From NCBI GenBank assembly GCA_951406725.2, contig OX597815.1, forward strand, positions 60,202,001-60,266,000: a stretch of 64,000 bases of DNA, in the 5' to 3' direction. The DNA comes from Octopus vulgaris (lineage: Eukaryota). The position numbers were made by a program, and so were the translations under genes. Below, in pieces: positions 25,999-39,055 of this stretch; the first letter of the stretch is position 1; each line of letters begins with the position of its first letter. The notes below the pieces were generated by a model that did not search any database, was not told the origin of the DNA, and saw nothing but the letters and a program-made list of their open reading frames with translations.

Positions 25999-27634
25999 TG
26001 CGTGTGTGTGTATGCGGGTGTATGTGTGCATGTGTATGATACTTTGCCCTTCAGATCTATTTCTAACCTCCTCTTCATTCAAAGTAGTTTTCTACCTCTT
26101 CTTTTTATTCTTCTAATTCTCTTTTATTCTCTCGTTTTCTCTCTCTCCCTTTCTCTCTCTTTCCATTTCATATATATACACAGATATACGTTTATTTATG
26201 CATGTAAGTAGGGATATATATATATGTATAATGTAAATTTTCTACGACATTATACAATGTCTATCTTTAAATAGCAAATACACATAAATGCAAATATGCG
26301 TGTGAATACATAGATGTATATGTACACACACACGCGCGCGCGCGCGCGCACACACATACACACATTTGATAGCTGTTTGACTTAACTCCGTACAACTTAA
26401 TATTTTTTAGGTGCGTTGGACATGTCGATCTCGTCAGATATCAGCAGAGTGAGAAATTTATGAATATTTCGATATGGATTTTACATTTTAGTCTCTATTG
26501 GTCTTAATACTGTGAAAACGACTTCAGCTATTTTATTTATTTTTAGACCTACGTGCTCGAACATGGTGTTAGTAGAATGCTAGCGCCACTTTGGGAACAG
26601 GCTGCGGTATAATGTATTTCAGCGACATCAAATCCCACAATGTAGACAACATCGCTTCAAACATCGCATTATGCAATAGACGCAAGCATACACTTACACA
26701 GCTTTCGGTTCATAGCCTAACCTGTTAACTACCGAAATTATGCCAACTACCCACTGAGAAGATCCTGCCTCTCAAAAGCTGTAGTATACAGAGTAACCCT
26801 CATACCATTGGATGGCATAAGAAGACACTACTCATGCACGACAGACCACTATTTTAAGGAAAGGTATACATACCACATGAATTCCTTCAGTTGCTAGGAT
26901 AGGAAAAATTCTACTTCCCTGTCCTACTTCTTCTAGAGACTCCGTACCAATGACTATCGAGAACACTTCCCCAGCGTCATGTAGGATATCATTGACAGGA
27001 CTTCACTTACTTGGATAGAACATGCAATTGCCAACCCTGTGTGCGAGACACTACACATACTCCACCAACATATAATGTCTATCAACAGGAAGAATGATTG
27101 TTATTATTATTGCCGCTAGAGTTACACCGTGTTAATGAACTTCAAGCCACTGGCAGATGACAATCTAGATATACCATCTTTGGCTTCACAGTTCCTCACA
27201 GAAGGGCCGGGTATTTAATTCCAGCCGCTTGTGTATACAACAACCAATTCTTCATTGTAAATCAACAGCAACAAAATAACACTGCGTAATATATTGCACC
27301 AATGTGTTAATACTCCTGACTTGCGCAACAATACAACTTACCATGTATAGTATCGAATAAAAGAAACTGATGTCGCTGGATTCACTATACCGCAGGTTGC
27401 CAGCAATGTGGTGGCAACTCCCTGCCAGCATCCTTTCAAACAGCGTAGGCCCAAAAGTAAAGGAAATAATAGCTGGTTCCCTTTCACAGCATAAACACCA
27501 CGTGACTTGAGCTGAGACCTAGATGCCTAACATCTTCAAGCCATCATGAATTCTTCTCAAGATACTCTTACGCTTTTTATAATACCCTATGCGCCCACCA
27601 AGAAGGAAAATAAGACAAGGTAGAAAATGATAAA

Positions 27635-28835
27635 ATAATTAAATTGAAGAAAAAAATTAAATGAAATGTTTTGTAAATATTTCCATAGTCTTCAAATAGG
27701 TAGGACATTTTCCTTTTTTCTGTCTGTCTCTCTCACTTTTTCTCTCTTTTTCTTTGCGTAGGTTCGTATGGTAGGTAGTAGCAGATTTGAAAATTTATGT
27801 TAATAGATGCAAAGATATATTTGGTTCTGAAGTTTGATGGTTTAAGCAGCAGCAGCCGTAGAAGAAGAAGAAGAAGAAGAAGAAGAAGAAGAAGAAGAAG
27901 AAGAAGAAGAAGAAGAAGAAGAAGAAGAAGAAGAAGAAGAAGAAGAAGAAGAAGAAGAAGAAGAAGAAGAAGAAGAAGAAGAAGAAGAAAGTCGTGTGCG
28001 TTTGGATGAGTTGATTCATTCTATGGTCCCTTTTTAGTAAAGGAATGTTCCGGAGGATGGTGTCGAAGGCCTCATTGTTTAGAGGGTTGTGTGTGGATAT
28101 GTATGATAGGGATTTAGTTGTAATTAATTCTTTTGTTTGGGTTGTCTGAGTTCGTAGACGTTGAGTTGTAGGGTACGTTGAAAACCTATATCATTTAGTG
28201 ATGGTGGCTAATTTCTGCTGTTGAGTGTATTCTTTAGCTCATGTAGTCGTGTCCTTGGTGCCTGTATCAGATACTATGGTGTAAATCCTTTTGGCCAGGC
28301 TGAAAGGGATATTCATTCTAGTGTGTCTAATGAACAATTGTCCATTGTTCATTAGAACTGGTGAACAAGCCAACTTAAGAATTTTCCCCTCTATAAATTT
28401 AGGGACAATGCGGCCTATAATCTCGCCATTAGCAAAGAATCATTTTATCGCAAGATATAAACCTCTTTTAAATGCTTCCATCACAGATAACACTAGTACA
28501 GGGAGCTAGGAATAACACCCACGGAAATATTAAATACGATAGATATATTTAGAACAGTCGTTACCCACGAACTTATTTAAAACAATCCCTACTACTACTG
28601 CTACTACAACCACAACATGTCATTGTGAGGCCACTTGACCATTAAAACGGGTTCCACCGACTGCCTTTTCTACTTGGTTTTAACACTCCCTTCTTCTTCT
28701 TCTTCTTCTTCTTCTTCTTCTTCTTCTTCTATCTTCGGCCGCTGCTGCTTAAACCATCAAACTTCAGATATATCTTTGCATCCATAAACACAATTTTTCA
28801 GATCTGGTATTATCTACCATATAAATGTACACAAA

Positions 28836-28885
<50 letters not shown>

Positions 28886-29130
28886 GAGACAGAAAAAAGG
28901 AAAATGTCCTACCTATTTGAAGTCTATGGGAATATTTACAAAACATTTCATTTCATTTTTTCTTCAATTTAATCGTTTTTCTTCTTAATTAGTATCCATC
29001 TTTTGTTTTACTCTTAGTTGAAAAAGTCGAAGAGACAGAAACTGGTACTAACCATTCAAAATACATTTCATGATAAAATTATTCTAGCATTTTCTACATT
29101 CTCTATTTTCCGTATACATATCAACTCGTA
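27635..29130 (+). mobile_element. Rearranged PLE remnant: inverted pLTR arms (27635-27990 / 28690-28975), inverted RT fragment, GIY-YIG C-terminus, HHR
   Basis: Minus 27990-28330 gives HTRMNIPFSLAKRIYTIVSD..YISTHNP (cf. HTKRNIPYCLARRICTIVED..FIVTHNP at 485-2395). Plus 28360-28475 gives NLRIFP..KF...AKNHFIARYKPLLN. The arms include (GAA)n/(TTC)n. Confidence 0.8.
29014..29051 (+). ncRNA. Minimal HHR, U3-A8 core variant
   Basis: TTAG-TTGAAAA-A-GTC-GAAGA-GAC-A-GAAA-CTGG-TA-CTAA, located at the 3' end of the PLE remnant. Confidence 0.5.
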
Positions 29131-29146
29131 TGTCACTTTTCAACAT

Positions 29147-29206
<60 letters not shown>

Positions 29207-29327
29207 CACATGCAAGTAGTGATGCGAAATCCCATGACGCTGGAGAAAACAACAGTGGCAGTACTCAAGCATGACCGTAGCCGTATGGCTGAACGTAACA
29301 AAAATAAAAAAAAGAACGTATGCATGA

Positions 29328-30430
29328 ATACACGAGGTGTGTTTAGAAAATAAGCGAGTTTATTTTTTTCCCCGCTAAAGATGATGTGTTGGCGAAATCC
29401 TTTAAGTTGGAGATGACATCACCCTTTTTGCGCACGCACAAAATCTTTCACGCGTTAGGTCGCGTCAGCTCCCGGCTGTTACGCCTAGAGAAGAGATGTG
29501 TAGTGTGCAGTCGTCGGATTTTCGTTTTCATGCAAGATAACCGAACGCATCGAGCAGGAACCATAAATTCATGTCTCATCACGACTGATGATGGTTTTCA
29601 TGAAGTCTGAGTCGTGGTTTGCACAATCCAGCATGTCCTAAGTGATTTTCATGCAGAGTTGCTTCTGCTGCTTCGTCGGTACCTTGGGGACTACAGTTTT
29701 TTCCTTGTTAAAATGGAATGCGTCGATACTATACTCTTTTACTTGTTTCAGTCATTTGACTGTGGCTATGCTGGAGCACAACCTTTAGTCGAGCAAATCG
29801 ACCCCAGGACTTATTCTTTGTGAGCCTAGTACTTATTCTATCGGTCACTTTTGCCGAACCGCTAAGTTACGGGGACGTAAACACACCAGCATCGGTTGTC
29901 AAGCGATGTTGGGGGACAAAAACAGACACACAAACATATATACACACACACACACATATAAATATATACATGTATACATATATACATACGACGGGCTTCT
30001 TTCAGTTCCCGTCTACCAAATCCACTCACATGGCTTTGGTCGACCCGAGGCTATAATAGAAGACACTTGCCCAAGATGCCATGCAATGGGACTGAACCCG
30101 GAACCATGTTGTTCGTAAGCAAGCTACTTACCACACAGCCACTCCTACGCTATATGCTGATTTCCACTTCGTAAGTAATTTCTACATTGTTACACGATGG
30201 TTTTCCATGACTATTGCCGAACCTTCTCCGTCGGCTCCTCGTTTCGGTTTGTGGACGACCTGACTGTGCGTGCCTCGTTCCCCACTGAGAAGGGTTGTAC
30301 TAATTCTTGATAAGAGATTTACACATTACATCATCACCAAAGACCTGCTGAATCATCTGGATGGTTTGAGCTTGAGTATCACCAAGCTTTTGTCAAAACT
30401 TGATGCAATGTCTGCCCGATACTTTACACA
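29328..30430 (-). mobile_element. Mariner-family DNA transposon remnant (internally deleted), interrupted by a SINE
   Basis: Minus-strand CIKF..KLGDTQAQTIQMIQQVFGDD, SGRP, QQKQL....DML.CANHDSDFMKTIISRDET(W)IYG (mariner TGDETW region). Terminus tacacgaggtgtg. Confidence 0.7.
29735..30150 (-). mobile_element. Full-length tRNA-derived SINE
   Basis: Head GCGTAGGAGTGGCTGTGTGGTAAGTAGCTTGC..GGTTCAGTCCC; CORE-like box; tail ..GAAACAAGTAAAAGAG. Confidence 0.9.
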
Positions 30431-30848
30431 CACACACGCACACACGAAAAAAGAAACACACATACATGTATACTTATGTATATATAATATAGATATACAT
30501 ACCTACCTAACTGCACACACATGCACACACGCATGTATAACTCTCGTATATTCCATCTTCCGTCTTTCATTTGCCATATATATACACATGTATATATATG
30601 TATATGTATATGTACATATATATGCATATGTATATATCCGTGTATGTATATGTGTATGTAAGTATGTATATATATATATATATTCTTCTTCTTTGGAATT
30701 ATTGCCGTCGTCGTCGTTGTCATCATCATCATCATCATCTTCATCATCTTCATGAACTTTGCAGTAGAATTTTAGCAGTAGAATATTGTTGTTTAGTAAC
30801 AACAGCAATTTTTATTATCAATCTTCGCATTGATATATTAATAATAAC

Positions 30849-30943
<95 letters not shown>

Positions 30944-31400
30944 GTTTTTTTTCTTTTTATAGCGTGCTTTCACTTCACTACCGAGCGCAGCTCTGTGTGC
31001 CTTGGGTATGTACTGTGATTTGTTGTGATGCTCTGATGGTTACTGTATGGAAAGTGTTCTGCGTAGGATGAGTGCAGTTCCTAGTAGTGCAATTTTCTGT
31101 ATGCTATATGTGTTTGTAAGTCCTGGTGTTTTTGTTATGTATTTGTCTGAATATTTTTTTATCATGCCTAATGCACCTATTATGATAGGAATTGTTTGTT
31201 TTTAGATTCCACATTCTGGTTACCTCTATTTCCAGGTCTTTGTATTTTGAAAGTTTCTCCATTTCTTTTAGAGACACGTTGTCATCTGCTGGTTTTGATA
31301 CATCAATTAGAAAGCATTTTTTCCTTCATGATCTCTGACAACTATATCTGGTCTGTTGGCCTTAATTTCTCTATCTGTGTCTCTATCTTAAGAGACATGG
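30944..31400 (-). mobile_element. R4/Dong family B 3' end in (TAA)n
   Basis: Matches 11450-11778 and extends to IKANRPDIV..CFLIDVS. Confidence 0.88.
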
Positions 31401-31417
31401 GCTTATTATTATTATTA

Positions 31418-31475
<58 letters not shown>

Positions 31476-32164
31476 CATCATCGTCGTCGTCGTCATCATC
31501 ATTACACCGGCTTACTTCCCTTTCACCCCTAACCTCACATAAACCCTCGTTTCGCTTTTCCCTAACCTCCAGCCCTCTTCTTATCACCTCACTCTGACAT
31601 CTACAGTCACTATAATTACTTCCGCCAATTTCCGCCCAACAATGAAGGGAAGAGAGATCGATAGTCACAAACAGCACAAAGAAACAAACACATGCCCACG
31701 CACGCACATATGCACACACACTCATACACACACGCACAAACATACATATATACATATATACATACATACAAACATACATAGACGCATACACAAATATATA
31801 CGCATAAAGACGAACAACTACATACACACATACACACTCAGTCTACTATGTGCAATAACATATCACACACTATTCATTATCAAACCCCACAATCTCACAA
31901 GTAATCAGATAACAAAGCATACGCGCTTTTACATGCATGCAGACATGCACAGACGCACACATACACAGACGCACACATGTAAATTAAAAGATGGACCGAA
32001 AGATTGATTGATGATAGATAAATGAGAGATAGATGAGAGATAAATAGAGAGATAGATAGGGAAAGAGAGAGAGAGAGAGAGAGAGAGTTTTGCAAGTTTA
32101 TGTATGCCTCTGTGAATATAGATGTATATATGTATGTATATATGTGTGTGTATATATATATATA

Positions 32165-33988
32165 TTGAAAATGGGGAAGGCCGGTTTGTGGGATTACCCT
32201 AGGTTTCTCGTCATAAAGGGTTTAGCTTTATGGCGTACCGTCAGATCCCAAAACCTGCTGGCTCAAGACCTCTTAAAAATATGGAGGAGGAAGTGCCTCA
32301 CTTCTCAATGGTAACAATGGGAATTACCTCCCTTGGCTATCGACTATGTCGCCATCTTCTGGGCTCCAAAAGGCTAGCAGGAATCTCCTGAAATATAAAC
32401 GTGACCCGAAAATTTTCGTTCTGGAGTTAAGGATGTTCAAGAGAATCCTTTAGGGTTCTCGCCCTTTCAGCTATGCATAATTTGCAACATTTCGTCCCTT
32501 TGAAGTAGGGGCCTAGGTCCTCGGGAATTTTCCATGAAGTTGAGTATGGAATTCAATCGTATCTCAGTTGCCAGACATAGCAGGCCAGTGATGTTACGTA
32601 TCACCTTTCCGGAACTCTGAAAGAGGACATGTGGTTGGAGATACGTTGCTTGAATGAGTTTCCAGAACATGCAAAGTATCTCCGTGGGCATGTATTGTCG
32701 GCGATATGTGTGTATCTGCTGGTGTTGTTGTTGTTGCTGCCACCGTCATCGTTGGAGGTGGTGGTGGTGGCGGCAGTAATAGTATCGTCACTGCCGGTGA
32801 TGGTGAAGGTGCTGTTGTTATTGTGATCCTTGTCATTGATGGGAGAGTTGCCATTGCTTCTAGAGATGTCATTAGCTGTGATTCTGCTGGTGTTTCTGCT
32901 AGGGCCACTGTCACTCCTGCTGCTGCTGCTGTTGCCGTTATTGCTATTATTGCCGTTATTGCTGGGCGGGCACTGGACATGTTGCTGCTGCTATAGAGAT
33001 TGTCAGGCCTGCTACTGATGGCGATGTTGCTGTAAATGTCGTCGGGGAGCTGCCAATGCTATCGCTGGTGCTATTATTGTTATTGTTGTTAGTGTTCTTA
33101 ACTTTGGCGATGGTGGTGGCGTTGCCGGTTCTGTTCCTCTATCTGCGGCTGCTACTGCTTCTACTACTGGTATTGCCAGGGTTTGCTAGTACCTCGGCTT
33201 CATAGACGACCCCTTTAGTTTCGAGTGGCTCCCACTGGGCATCTTTTGCGATCCTTGCATGAACATCCTGCCTCCTCCCGTGGCCTAGGGGCGCTAACTA
33301 GAAAGCTCTTAATACTGGGAGCACAGCTAAAAGAGACTCTAACGTTGTTGAAAATGGGTCCGTACCTATGGGAGCTAGTGAAATGCTTATCTATTGATTT
33401 AACGAATATTCTAGCTACAGGCGTTTTGTATTCAGAGAGAAGATGAGGGAAAACTAAATGGTATTTCTGCAGCGCTTCCTTCTGGGGTTGTTGGGTTCCG
33501 GCATGTAGGGTACGCGGTCCCTAGATCCGCTGGCAGCTAGGGCTTCATTATAGTAAGGCGTCGCTGTATTGAAAATCTCTTAGTTGGAGGAATGGTTCCT
33601 GATCCTCTTACTAACAAACTTCACTAGATTTTTGAACACGATGGGTGGGTGACAGGAGACTGTGTTGATGTACGTTAGCCTCTTGTTTAGTTTGCGGTAG
33701 GGCCTCTATGTACCGGAGCCCAAGTCGGGCGTAACGTCTAAGAAATCCGCAGTTGTGAGATTGGTTTCTGTGGTGATTTTCAATCCCATTGAGGCAAGTG
33801 TGCTGATTAGATCTTTTCTACTCCTGCCTAGTGTATACCTGTTTGCCCCCAAGAGATGGCCAGAGCGTCATCACTGCAGAGGCCAAAGAGAACACGGGGG
33901 AACTTTCCTAAGGGTATCAAGGGTATACAACCAGATGAGGTCGCATATGTCAGCGCTATCGAAGGCCTCCTTCACTACGTCAATGAAG

Positions 33989-33990
<2 letters not shown>
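32165..33990 (-). mobile_element. Decayed Naiad-like PLE with a 3' HHR, interrupted by GCT/GTT low complexity (32690-33180)
   Basis: Manual translation gives FDSADICDLIWLY..DDALA..GLKITTETN...DFLDVT...RPYRK..YIN..SCHPP..SKRI...PYYNEALAASG, the Naiad-type RT palm and thumb. Confidence 0.75.
32183..32255 (-). ncRNA. Type-I HHR with a variant core
   Basis: Revcomp GGTTTTGGGAT-CTGACGG-TA-CGCCATAAAG..CTTTATGACG-A-GAAA-CCTAGGG-TA-ATCCCACAAACC. Confidence 0.65.
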
Positions 33991-34024
<34 letters not shown>

Positions 34025-34029
<5 letters not shown>

Positions 34030-34322
34030 CAAAATTTAGGTTACTTAAAATATTTTTTGTGACATTTCAACTGCTATAAGGCAAATGCATCGCAGTTACT
34101 GTGGAGAAATTATTTCTCTTATGGTAAAAGTTGTGAAAACACCCGGTTTGTTCAGTGTTGCCATCTCTCAGGAATCCCAGATATCGATGTTTCAAGTTTA
34201 TTGAGTCTTACAATGGGATGTACTATAAGAGAGATATTTTCTCCACAGTAACGGCAGTGTATTTGCCTTTTAGCAGTTAAAATATGTCACAAACATATTT
34301 TAACTAATCTAAATTTTACTTA
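34025..34322. repeat. MITE-like hairpin: about 105-bp inverted arms between (TA)n tracts
   Basis: 34025-34130 is an imperfect reverse complement of 34220-34322. Confidence 0.7.
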
Positions 34323-34357
34323 TGCCTGAACACTGTTTAGTGCTAACATTTCGTTAC

Positions 34358-34411
<54 letters not shown>

Positions 34412-34415
<4 letters not shown>

Positions 34416-34974
34416 ATAAAAATGATAAGACAACAAAAGAAAGAAAAAGACCTCGATATTTTGTAAAGAGAGGAATTTATCTGCAAATGTAATATGTGAC
34501 AGTTATTCGGTAGCCATGATAAAACTCCGAGTTTCAGATGCCGAGGTGGAAATCCACGCCGCCATCTCTTAAGTTATCCGGCCATCGGAAAAATGCTATG
34601 AAAATTGACCGTTATACAAAGGAAAATTACTGTGTGATTGACCGTTATTAAGACAAAAGACCTATTTGAACGACCACTAAGTGAGGAGAGGGAGTAAAAG
34701 TAAGGGGGTAAAAAAAGTTCATAGTATTCGCGTAAGCGCACATGTTCATACCTACTCATGCGCGTCCGCACACACACGTGCATGCGCCTAAAAGTATACA
34801 TTCATCCACCCTCACTTTAAAATGTACACATCCTCGCTCGTACCACTCGTCAAATGTATAAGTATATACATACACCCCCCACACACACGAGTGAGGATGT
34901 GTACGTTTTCAAGTGAGGGTGGATGAATGTATGCTTTTAGGCTACCGAATAATTGTCACATATTACATTTACAG

Positions 34975-34978
<4 letters not shown>
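34412..34978 (-). mobile_element. Non-coding element with nested inverted repeats and an internal decayed HHR (34518-34578)
   Basis: IRs at 34478-34515/34939-34977 and 34795-34841/34887-34934. Revcomp HHR GATAA-CT(T)AAGA-GATG..CATC-T-GAAA-CTCGGAG-TT-TTATC. Confidence 0.6.
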
Positions 34979-35012
<34 letters not shown>

Positions 35013-35115
35013 TATATACATAGATACTTACATACATGCATACATATATACATTCATGCACACACACACACACATATATATATATATACATTATATATAC
35101 ATGCATTCATATAAT

Positions 35116-35166
<51 letters not shown>

Positions 35167-35254
35167 CTATGTATATACATATATACATTCATACATACAT
35201 AAATATATTATATATATACATATATATATATGCATTCATATACATACATACACA

Positions 35255-35295
<41 letters not shown>

Positions 35296-35828
35296 AATAT
35301 ATATACACACACACATATATATAAGCGTGGGCGCGCCTGTTTGTATATGATGCTTGGCCAAATCGTTAGAGAAACGAAGCTAACAGCTGGTAGCGCACGA
35401 TTTATGTGAAACGGATAACAACCATTACTTTCATATAGATCACTCACTTATAAGTCAATTGGCTACAGTACACCAGAACAGTGAACGAACGAACGAACGA
35501 ACGAACGAACCAACCAACCAACCAACCAACCAACCAACCAACCAACCAACCAACAAACAAACAAACAATATAGAGATCGATTTTTCATGCCCGTGCTGAC
35601 GACAACAGTCCACTTAACTCTCAATAACCCAAGTCTACCAAGATACCTCTGGGCAACACATACCAGCAGGTAGGGGCTCACTGTAAAACTATCGACAGTT
35701 CCATTGATCTGATGTACTAAACTGATGTCGTCTTGTAGGCAATTTTAAAATTAGGAGACCTACAATTTTTTTGTTTGTCATGTGGACTCTTTCATTGTAT
35801 ATGTGAACATATATATATGTATGCATTC

Positions 35829-35861
<33 letters not shown>

Positions 35862-35938
35862 TGTATGTATGTATGTATGTATGTATGTATGTACGTATGT
35901 ATGTATGTATATACATACATATATACATATATACATAC

Positions 35939-35989
<51 letters not shown>

Positions 35990-35991
<2 letters not shown>

Positions 35992-37235
35992 AAAGAACGG
36001 AGCAAGAACGTAACGACGACTATAAAAATATACGGACAGATGGACGATACAAAGACGAACAGGAAAACCAGGACGGAGACATTCGTAGCTTTATATTCAT
36101 CAGTCAAATTTCCAATCGTCATTATAGTTTCGGCCTGTTACACTTGAGACTGTTGAAATTTGGTAGGCCCCAAAAATCTAAGGTAAGGGCATTAAATTTT
36201 TGGAAGAAATCAAGCGAATATGTGCGAGAACACGGATAGAAAAAAACGAGAAAGCGGAGAAAATGTTACACGATTACAAACAAGAATAACAACATTACAA
36301 ACAAGGAATACAAACAGGAATAACAAGAGGTGTCTTTTGACTGAAAGGACAAGTTAAGTTAAGCTGGCATGAGAAGTGGAAGCCTTGCAGCTACAATCAT
36401 AGATGAATGTCAGGAGACAGGAAAATAAGGTATCGTGCGAGTGGCGGTCAGGCCAAGAAAGAAGGATCATGCTTGGCTGACCACCGATCACGTGGAAGAA
36501 ACAGAGAGAGGTAGAGAGCAGAGGGATTGAAGAATTAGGGAAGGAACTAGAGATAGATAGAGAGAGAGAGAAAAGAGATAGAGAGAAAAGAGATAGAGAG
36601 AAAAGTGATAGAGAGAGATAGAGAGCGAGAGAGAGAGAACAAGAGAGAGGAACAGAGGGAAAAGGACAAGAGAGATAACAGGAAAGTAGAGAGATTAAAG
36701 AAAAAGAATGCCAAGTAATGTGAGAGAGAGAGAGGGAGCAAGACAAGGAAAATGGAAAGAAAGAGAATGCCAAGAAAGTGAGAGAGGGTGAGCGAGTAAA
36801 AGAAAAGAAACAAGAAAGTCGTACAGAATTTAGATATATGCTTACAAGCTGAGTAAAAAGTGTGCGTACACCGCTATATGTATATATAAATATAAAAAAA
36901 AACCCGAAGAAGGACGTAATGGACGACAATAAAGACATACGGACAGGTGGACGATACAAAGACGGACAGGACGAAACATTTTTGGCTTTAAGCTGTCAAT
37001 AATCACTACACTTCCGGCCTGTTACGCTTGAGACTGTTCAAAATTGGTAGGCTCCAAAAATCTAAGCTAAAGGAAGAAAGTGACCATGTGCGGCAACACA
37101 GACAGAAAAAAAAACGAGAAAACGGAGAAAATGTTACACGATTACAAATACAAACAGCAAAAATAACAACAGGTTTCTTTCGACTAAAAGGACACGTTAA
37201 GTTAAGTTGGCGTGTGAAGTGGAAGCCTTGCGGCA
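35990..37235 (-). repeat. Tandem pLTR-like repeats (35990-36395, 36900-37235) with an AG-rich spacer
   Basis: Two diverged direct copies (acggacag.tggacgatacaaagacg; gttaagtt; gtggaagccttgc), related to 3170-3342. Confidence 0.65.
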
Positions 37236-38183
37236 ACAAACATAGATGAGGGATAAATAGTTAGGTAGGTAGTTAGGTAGGTAGGTAGGTAGGTAGGTAG
37301 GTAGTTAGGTAGGTAGTTAGGTAGGTAGTTAGGTAGGTAGGTAGGTAGGTAGGTAGGTAGGTAGGTAGGTAGGTAGGTAGGTAGGCAGGTAGGTAGGTAG
37401 GTAGGTAGATAGATAAATAGATAGATAGATAGACAGATAGATAGATAGATAGAAAGATAGATAGATTGATAGATAGATATCAGCAAGAGGTTAGTAAGAA
37501 AGACCTATTACTGACTGAAACAACCTTAGAATATAATTGGAGGTTATTACATTGATACATCATCTTGGACGAGCTAATGAAAAAAGCTGTACTTGGCTTC
37601 TCGTACTGGCAGAAACAGCATCTAAATCTCCTTCAAATCACACCTTAATGTCTTAAAAGGTAGACAGAATGGAAGATGCAGATTTAAATATACAAAAGAC
37701 AGAGTTTTCACGGTTGGAACGCATTTGATCATAGGCTTGCACGGTAAGTGTTGTGTTTGAGCTAACAACAAAACCAAGAACAACAACAACAAACATGACA
37801 ACAACAGCAAAAGCAACAACAACAACAGCAAAAACAACACCACCTATTATGTCCGAGGTTTTGTTCAGTTTTCTTCTTCAAACTTGAACAGGAACAGAAG
37901 TTCGAAGGAAATCCTTTATTTTTGAAACGAAAATTACCACTAAAGACACAGACCACCATTGGCTAGAAATTGTAAAGAAATGAAACTCTTTAACATAAAT
38001 TTTAGTTAAACACCACCCATCTCGGTCATTGGAAGAAATTAGAAATATCACTGTAAAAAATTTACACACATATATACATACATGCATACATATATACATA
38101 CATAGATAGAGATATATATAGATGCAAAGTACATACATGCATAGGCGTATTTATGTATGCATGTATGTATGCTAGCATGCATG

Positions 38184-38252
<69 letters not shown>

Positions 38253-39024
38253 GTGTGTGTATGTGTGTGTACACATATATGCATGCATACATGAATGCAT
38301 ACATATGTACATGCACATATACATGCAATATTCATGTAGTCATCCATTCATTCATCCAGACATACATAAAATGCATATACATATTCATACGTACAGACAC
38401 ATACATACATACATACATACATACATACATACATACATACATACATACATACATACATACATACATACATACAAGGTGGCGACTTATAAATGAAAGCTTT
38501 AACACTCCCACGCTGATCGCAAGCCAATCAATATGTGTTGGTGAACAAAGTAAAAACTTTTGGCGATGGAACAAAAGATGGCGACTGCCGCCATAATAAC
38601 CGGAAATAACAGTTTGATCAACTGATTCCGCATTGATAGCGTCGCTACTGTCGGAAGTAGTACGCTGTCCGATATAGCTCCCACTTCTAACCTGTTAATG
38701 GTTTTTGAGTCTTTGTATGTGTGTGTGAGTGTGACTGTACGTACGTGCGTGTTTCTGTGAGTGTGCGTACATGAATGTGCTAACATGCGTGCGCGTGCTT
38801 CTGTGTGTGTGTGTATGTTTGTCTGTCTGAATGTATATGTGTCTGAATGTGTGTGTGTGTGTGTGTGTGTGTGTTTTTGTAACAAAGACAGTTGAAAAGT
38901 GAAAGATAAAGTAAAGAAAGTGACGGGTTGGTGATGTGAGTGTATAAGAGACAGAAAATGAGAGAGAGAGAAAGAGAGAAAGAGGGAGACAGATAGACAG
39001 ACAATGAGAGTGGTTGATTAAAAC

Positions 39025-39055
<31 letters not shown>

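Noticed and set aside
30060-30150. tRNA genes (also near 14600, 42500, 52700)
   Set aside because: These are SINE heads with degraded cloverleaves, attached to SINE bodies.
32594-33180. Ala/Thr/Pro-rich ORFs as a mucin-like host exon
   Set aside because: This is degenerate trinucleotide low complexity inserted within a decayed PLE, with no splice or domain support.
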